A stretch of DNA of 63,991 bases, the filler included, from Octopus bimaculoides (lineage: Eukaryota): NCBI RefSeq assembly GCF_001194135.2. It is 8 parts of 8 records of this genome, joined end to end, with 100 filler letters (N's around TTAATTAATTAA, not from the genome) between each part and the next. Parts side by side here need not be neighbours in the genome. Positions count along the whole stretch, not along the records: positions 53,951 to 61,115 come from NC_069007.1; positions 61,216 to 62,284 come from NW_026434682.1; positions 62,385 to 63,991 come from NC_069010.1; 5 more parts are not named here. One strand, written 5' to 3'. This document shows, piece by piece, positions 58,061 to 63,991 of the stretch; the first letter of the stretch is position 1; each line of letters begins with the position of its first letter. The notes under the pieces were generated by a model. That model was not told the origin of the DNA, did no database searches, and was given only the letters and a program-made list of their open reading frames with translations. A program made the position numbers and the translations under genes.

Positions 58061-60855
58061 CTTGTTCTTGTTGTCGTTATTGCTGTTGTTACATATTTGT
58101 CATTTTTGTTAGTTACAACAAATGTGCCAGTCCAATTTTCGTTTCAATTTTAGAAAAATTCCAAAGGGAAGATGGAACGGAAAATATAAAATAAAGTAAA
58201 ATAATAAGTAAATAATAATAAAATAATAATAATGAAAATAAAGCAATAAATGATAAAGTCATTAAAAAAATACCTCAAAAATGCACGTAAAATAACAGAA
58301 AAATTTTCACATAATTAGTTTTAACATAATGTTTCTTTCCTTGGTGTTTTTTCGTAATTATTGCTATTGTGGTAATTTTTCAGGTCGTAACTGCGTGCGT
58401 ATGTATGTGAGTGTATGTATGTGCTGTTGTTGTTGTTGTTGTTGCTGCTGTACCAGCTGCTAATTTTATTGTAGGCAGACTTTAAGAATCGTGGGACATC
58501 TTGCGTCAAAAAAAAAAAGAAAAGAATCGATAAAAAAGTGTAGAAAAAAATTAGTAAATGAACAAAAAAAAAGAACTTCAAAGAATGCTCTGCACATTAC
58601 TTTCACCACCACCACTGCTNNNNNNNNNNNNNNNNNNNNNNNNNNNNNNNNNNNNNNNNNNNNNNNNNNNNNNNNNNNNNNNNNNNNNNNNNNNNNNNNN
58701 NNNNNNNNNNNNNNNNNNNNGACACAGAAAAAGAAAATTTCAAAAAAAAAATTAAAAATAAGGGTTTAGTTAGTCTTGTGTGGAACTCGAACCGAGAAAT
58801 TTGTCAGTCGGAACACACGCCATAAAGCATTCTGCATAGCCGCCATTTTCAGAAACAGATGAAACGAGAAGATTCGACCCTCATTAGCAATTCTCATACA
58901 CTGAACTTCAGTTTTCGTTTACGAGGTTAGAGTGAAGGTCTTGAAAGAAAATAGACGTTGACTGAAGAAGAATTGTAGGGAAAAGAGAACAATGAAAGAA
59001 CGAACGAACAGAAGAGAGAAATAAATAAATACACAATGAAAGGATATAAAGGAGGTTGAAAGGAAAATACGAAGAAGGTTAGAGGGAAGCAGAGAAATGA
59101 TATTTATATATTTAGACGAGGCGGAAAAGGAAACCTTTTGTTTTACACTGGCAACTTTTGATTAATTAATTTGTTTAGAGAAGAGAAATAAACTTTCGTT
59201 GTGTTATGGAGCAAATTTGACCTCCGCATTCTCTAAGCTTGTAGTGTGTGGCTCGATAATTCTAAAAGAACCGGAACTCTCATTTGGAACTATTGCGGCG
59301 CGTTTCTATAAAAATACGCGTACGCACAAAGACAGAGAGAGCCACACGCACGCACACACATGCGCACAGACGGATAGAGAAAGTCGTACAAAGATAGAGA
59401 CAGAGAAAGAACCACACACACACACATAGAAACAGAAAGAGCCTAAGCAATTACAGAGAGGGACGGCCAGGTACACACTCTCACTCATGCGTATAGCAAC
59501 GTGCACACAAACACACGCATACATGCACACATACAGAACTAGACAAATATAAAAACAGAGACAGAGGCAAAAGAGTGTCACACACGCACATACACAAATA
59601 CAGAAGTAGACATATGTAGGCGCTTCTACAAATGCAGTCACACTCACGGAGATAATTTCAGTAGAAGCAACAACAAAGATTACACACAATCGCTACCACC
59701 ACCTCCACCACCGCAGCAATGACAATGACAATAAAGACGATGCCGAGGATAAAACTAGCCACTGCCACCGACACCACCCCCACTATCATCAAAACCATCA
59801 CAGACACCCGCTACCAATTGAACCATGTCAAACGCACGCCGACAAAAATACAACCCCCGCCATCACCGCCACCATTGCCACCACCGCCACCGACATGACC
59901 ACCATTTGTGAATCTTCCCTTTGTTATATAGATAAACAATATCTGACGTGAACATCTGCGAAGTATTCACTGAGAGAGGGCGAAATGTCAACAATAACAA
60001 CAGGAACAACGACGACGACAGCTACTACTACCAACAACAACAACGAATACAACAGCCATGACCTCAAGCGCAACAATAGTGACGACAACAACAACAGCAA
60101 CAACAACTGCGACGATCTTAACGAAAACGAACTGAAAATAGCGAAAGCATTTTAAGATAACGATTGTGCGATCACAATTGGATGTCATTCGTTACCAAAG
60201 TCGGGTCAAAAGGATATGGTGGGGCCGTCAATATGCAAAAGAGGAAAAATCATTTATTTGATAATTCCATTACTCATTGTATAATGTGGACATATGGTTA
60301 TTGTGATTAATATTTCTATGAAAACGTCTCCATGCTGTATGCATACCACATTCCCATACAGGCAAGACAGTGAGTAAAATGGAAGCGGAAATACGCAGCA
60401 GTTCACTTTGTACTACTTAAAGATAACCGGAAGAGCGGAAGTGAATATTTGAATTCACAACAAGAAATTTCAGTTGAAGATATATGTCTGTTGGAAATGG
60501 TGCTGTTTCGCGTGTGTTTGTAGATGTGTGTCTATGTGTATGTGTATGTGCGTGCATATTTGTATACGTTTATCAATGTATGTATGAATGTGTGTGCTTC
60601 TGTGTGTGTGTTTCTGTGTGTGAGTATTTGTGTTTTTGTGCCTGTGAGTGCATGTGTATATGTCTGTATGTGTGTATACATTTATGAATGTATGTATGAG
60701 TGTGTGTCTGTATGTTCGACTATATATCTACGTATATATATGCATATGCAATTGTAATAAATGCCTGTATGTATATACATATATGTATACATAGATGTAA
60801 GTATGTGTTTAATGTATATGTATATGTCCATATATTTGTGTGCTTAGCATATATG

Positions 60856-60887
<32 letters not shown>

Positions 60888-61041
60888 GATATATATATAT
60901 GTATGTATGTATATATGTATATATATATGGGTGTGTGTTTTTTCTGTGTATGTGTATGCAAACATATTTTTGCGCAAGTGAGTTTGTAGATATCTATACC
61001 TGTACATATACATATATTCATGTACACACACATATACATAC

Positions 61042-61100
<59 letters not shown>

Positions 61101-61715
61101 CATATTTATATATATNNNNNNNNNNNNNNNNNNNNNNNNNNNNNNNNNNNNNNNNNNNNTTAATTAATTAANNNNNNNNNNNNNNNNNNNNNNNNNNNNN
61201 NNNNNNNNNNNNNNNGTCCGAAAATCGATTTTTTATTCATTTATTTATTTTATTTATTTATTGATTGATTGATTGTGGTTGTAAGTCGCATATGTCGCAA
61301 GTTGAGCAGTAGTTGTATATAATAAACAAACTCTGGAAGCAACGAATGACATTGGTATGTTATAGATAAGAATGTAACTTCCAAACGCAGTAAAACTGAA
61401 AGAAAAGCAGAAAAAGAATGAATATTTTATCTTTGAGACGGAAAAAGTTGCCAACAGGCGACTATAGTTGTCAAAACTGCACCTGTGTGACACAAGGTGA
61501 GTTCTCTAGCATTAAGCTAAACGACCCCTGACAACAAATTACCGTCGATTTTAATGTATCTTGTACAGCCAAATATTAAAAAAATTGTTATACATATACT
61601 AATGTAAGGCACCTGAATCTATTTAATCATTTTTAAGTAAATTTAATAGTCGTTCAATTTTCGATATGATCACTTATGGTTCGGGAACCTCCAGGAAGCT
61701 TTAGAACTAGCAGCT

Positions 61716-61722
61716 ACGGAAC

Positions 61723-61820
<98 letters not shown>

Positions 61821-61880
61821 ATATATATATATATAACTATCGATCTATCTATTTGCCTGTCTATCTGTCTGTCTGCCTAT
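61716..61880. repeat. (TATC)n grading into (TA)n and (TGTC)n
   Basis: Directly visible. Confidence 0.95.
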
Positions 61881-61957
61881 CTGTCTGTCTATAGTACACA
61901 TCGTTACCGCAATAGACAAAATTCATAGGAGCATTTCTTCATATTCTTTCATTTCCC

Positions 61958-62062
61958 AGTTCAAATGTCCCCAGGTCGAGTTTTCCTTTTATCCTTTCGT
62001 GGTCGATAAAAAGTGTACGAATTGTGGATTGTAAGCGATGGAGTCGACTAATTTCCTCCTTG
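61958..62062 (+). mobile_element. SINE family A central fragment, diverged
   Basis: cagttcaaat...aggtcgag...tttatcctttcgtggtcgataaaa. Confidence 0.6.
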
Positions 62063-62249
62063 GTCATATGGTACAACGAAAAAGAAAAAAAAATTGACAT
62101 ATCAGGTAAAATCCTTATAGTACACACAATATAGTTCCGTATTATATATGTATTCAGAATTCAGAAATATATAGGAGATGATACCATATATACATATAAA
62201 CACAAAGTCATATACATACCTAATATATATATATACATATGTGTACATG

Positions 62250-62283
<34 letters not shown>

Positions 62284-62384
62284 CNNNNNNNNNNNNNNNN
62301 NNNNNNNNNNNNNNNNNNNNNNNNNNNNTTAATTAATTAANNNNNNNNNNNNNNNNNNNNNNNNNNNNNNNNNNNNNNNNNNNN

Positions 62385-62728
62385 TTACCAACCACATGGT
62401 CTCGGGTTCAGTCCCACTGCGTGGCATCTTGGGCAAGTGTCTTCTACTATAGCCTCGGCCCGACCAAAGCCTTGTGAGTGGATTTGGTAGATGGAAACTG
62501 AAAGAAGCCTGTCGTATATATGTATGTGTTTGTGTGTCTGTGTTTGTCCCCCCAACATCGCTTGACAACCGATGCTGGTGTGTTTATGTCCCCGTAACTT
62601 AGTGGTTCGGCAAAAGAGACCGATAGAATAAGTACTGGGCTTCCAAAGAATAAGTCCTGGGGTCGATTTGCTCGACTAAAGGCGGTGCTCCAGCATGGCT
62701 ACAGTCAAAAGACTGAAACAAATAAAAG
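62385..62728 (+). mobile_element. SINE family B, best-preserved copy (5' end in gap)
   Basis: B box GGTTCAGTCC, ttgggcaagtgtcttctactatagcc, short internal microsatellite, 3' end ...cagtcaaaagactgaaacaaataaaagagtaaagagt. Confidence 0.92.
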
Positions 62729-63293
62729 AGTAAAGAGTAATAGAGTAATGCTTGACAACCCCTTCCTGTTTTCTTTGCAAGCGCCTGAAGCTAATAGAAA
62801 CGAGATACAACACTTTTAGTAGAGAACTTTGGCTGCTTATTTAGCATTTTCAGCATTTTTCAGAAGGATGGTGGCAGTTAACGATTTTCACTGATCAAAA
62901 ACCATTGACATTCGCACAACAATCTAAAACAAATAAATATTCCCGTATAAATATCAGATGTCTTTGATTTCATTTAGCAGTTCGCTGCAGATATCCGTTA
63001 CATAAAGTGTATTGATAAATCAGTGACGGATATCTTAATCTCACGTTCATGTCAAAGCTTTGCATAGCCCCTGATTCTATAGATTGCTTTGGATCAAGAA
63101 AAAGATGAAGGACTTTTGCAATTCCGAACATTGGAATCAGAGACAGCTGATTCCAATGTTTCACTTGAGGGAGAGAACCAAAAGTACGGACATTTCTCGT
63201 AAAACAGGCGGAGGTAACCCAATTTTTTTAATGGGCTGAGATGACCAAAAAGTACCAGTGTATGCATGTATGTATGTTTGTATGTTTGTACAT

Positions 63294-63473
63294 ATCATCA
63301 TCGTCATTTAATGTCCGCTTTCCAAGCTAGCATGGGTTGGACGATTTGACTGAGGACTGGTGAAACCAGATGGCTACACCAGGCTCCAATCTGATTTGGC
63401 AGAGTTTCTACAGCTGGATGCCCTTCCTAACGCCAAAGAATGCCCTTCCTAATGCCAAATGCCCTTCCTAACG
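63294..63473 (-). mobile_element. 5'-truncated SINE with RTE-like 3' tail (Ceph-SINE-like central motif)
   Basis: The minus strand reads ...gcgttaggaagggcatccagctgtagaaac...ggaaagcggacattaaatgacgatgatgat. The (GAT)n tail and the GGAAGGGCATCC motif were recognised from memory. Confidence 0.65.
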
Positions 63474-63622
63474 TATGTGTGTATGTATACTTATTTATAT
63501 GTATGTGCCAGGATTAGCTGTACATGTCGTTCACCAAAATTTGTTATGCTAAACATTATAATAAGGTGAACTTGAAAACTTTTATAATTATATATGCAAC
63601 GCATCTGTTGTGTATATGAGAG

Positions 63623-63654
<32 letters not shown>

Positions 63655-63937
63655 GTATAAACACACACTTACATGCACAGAAACATACATAAGTACATAC
63701 GTATATATGCACGCATGTCCAAAATAGATGCCATCTGTTTCGATGCTCGTGTGCAATGTGTTGGTATATATAGAAGAGAAAATATGGGAGACGTAAGATT
63801 GGCATAGGAATATTTTGTTAATACACACCTTGGTTATATACACACCTGGGATGTCATTGTCGGTACACCTGTGATTGCACCTACGTGTCAACACATACAT
63901 ATGTTCGCATTTATGTTTATACATACACACACATATC

Positions 63938-63991
<54 letters not shown>

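Noticed and set aside
61458-61496. 39-nt phase 1-1 candidate GDYSCQNCTCVTQ with AAG|GTGAGT donor
   Set aside because: The acceptor lacks a pyrimidine tract.

Overview
Eukaryotic, very AT-rich, gap-ridden draft-assembly sequence dominated by microsatellites and transposon relics. The repeat landscape (several tRNA-headed SINE families, R4/Dong LINEs, Penelope, compound trinucleotide mosaics) is most consistent with an octopus genome; this is inference from remembered repeat families, not a database match. No host gene can be named. Almost every long ORF in the track is an artefact of N runs or simple repeats, and only short candidate exons were found (best pair: 28551-28630 and 36697-36796, + strand, phase-compatible). 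Well-supported content: seven R4/Dong-type LINE fragments, several embedded in (TAA)n; a Penelope RT relic; LINE ORF1-like relics; a Tc1 and a mariner deletion derivative with TIRs; a Helentron-like element carrying a Gypsy integrase fragment; and many SINE copies. Most interesting signals: (1) a tRNA-headed SINE whose 3' part looks like a CpG-decayed minimal hammerhead ribozyme (5897-5942); (2) apparently recent, (TAA)n-targeted R4/Dong activity, with two 118/118-identical 3' ends; (3) a nested LINE / microsatellite / Helentron-like / Gypsy structure at 14.0-15.4 kb; (4) a 110-nt pre-miRNA-like hairpin (9147-9256); (5) a SINE copy missing exactly one stem-loop. No rRNA, intact tRNA or CRISPR array was seen. 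Element boundaries not defined by TIRs, TSDs or codons are approximate.
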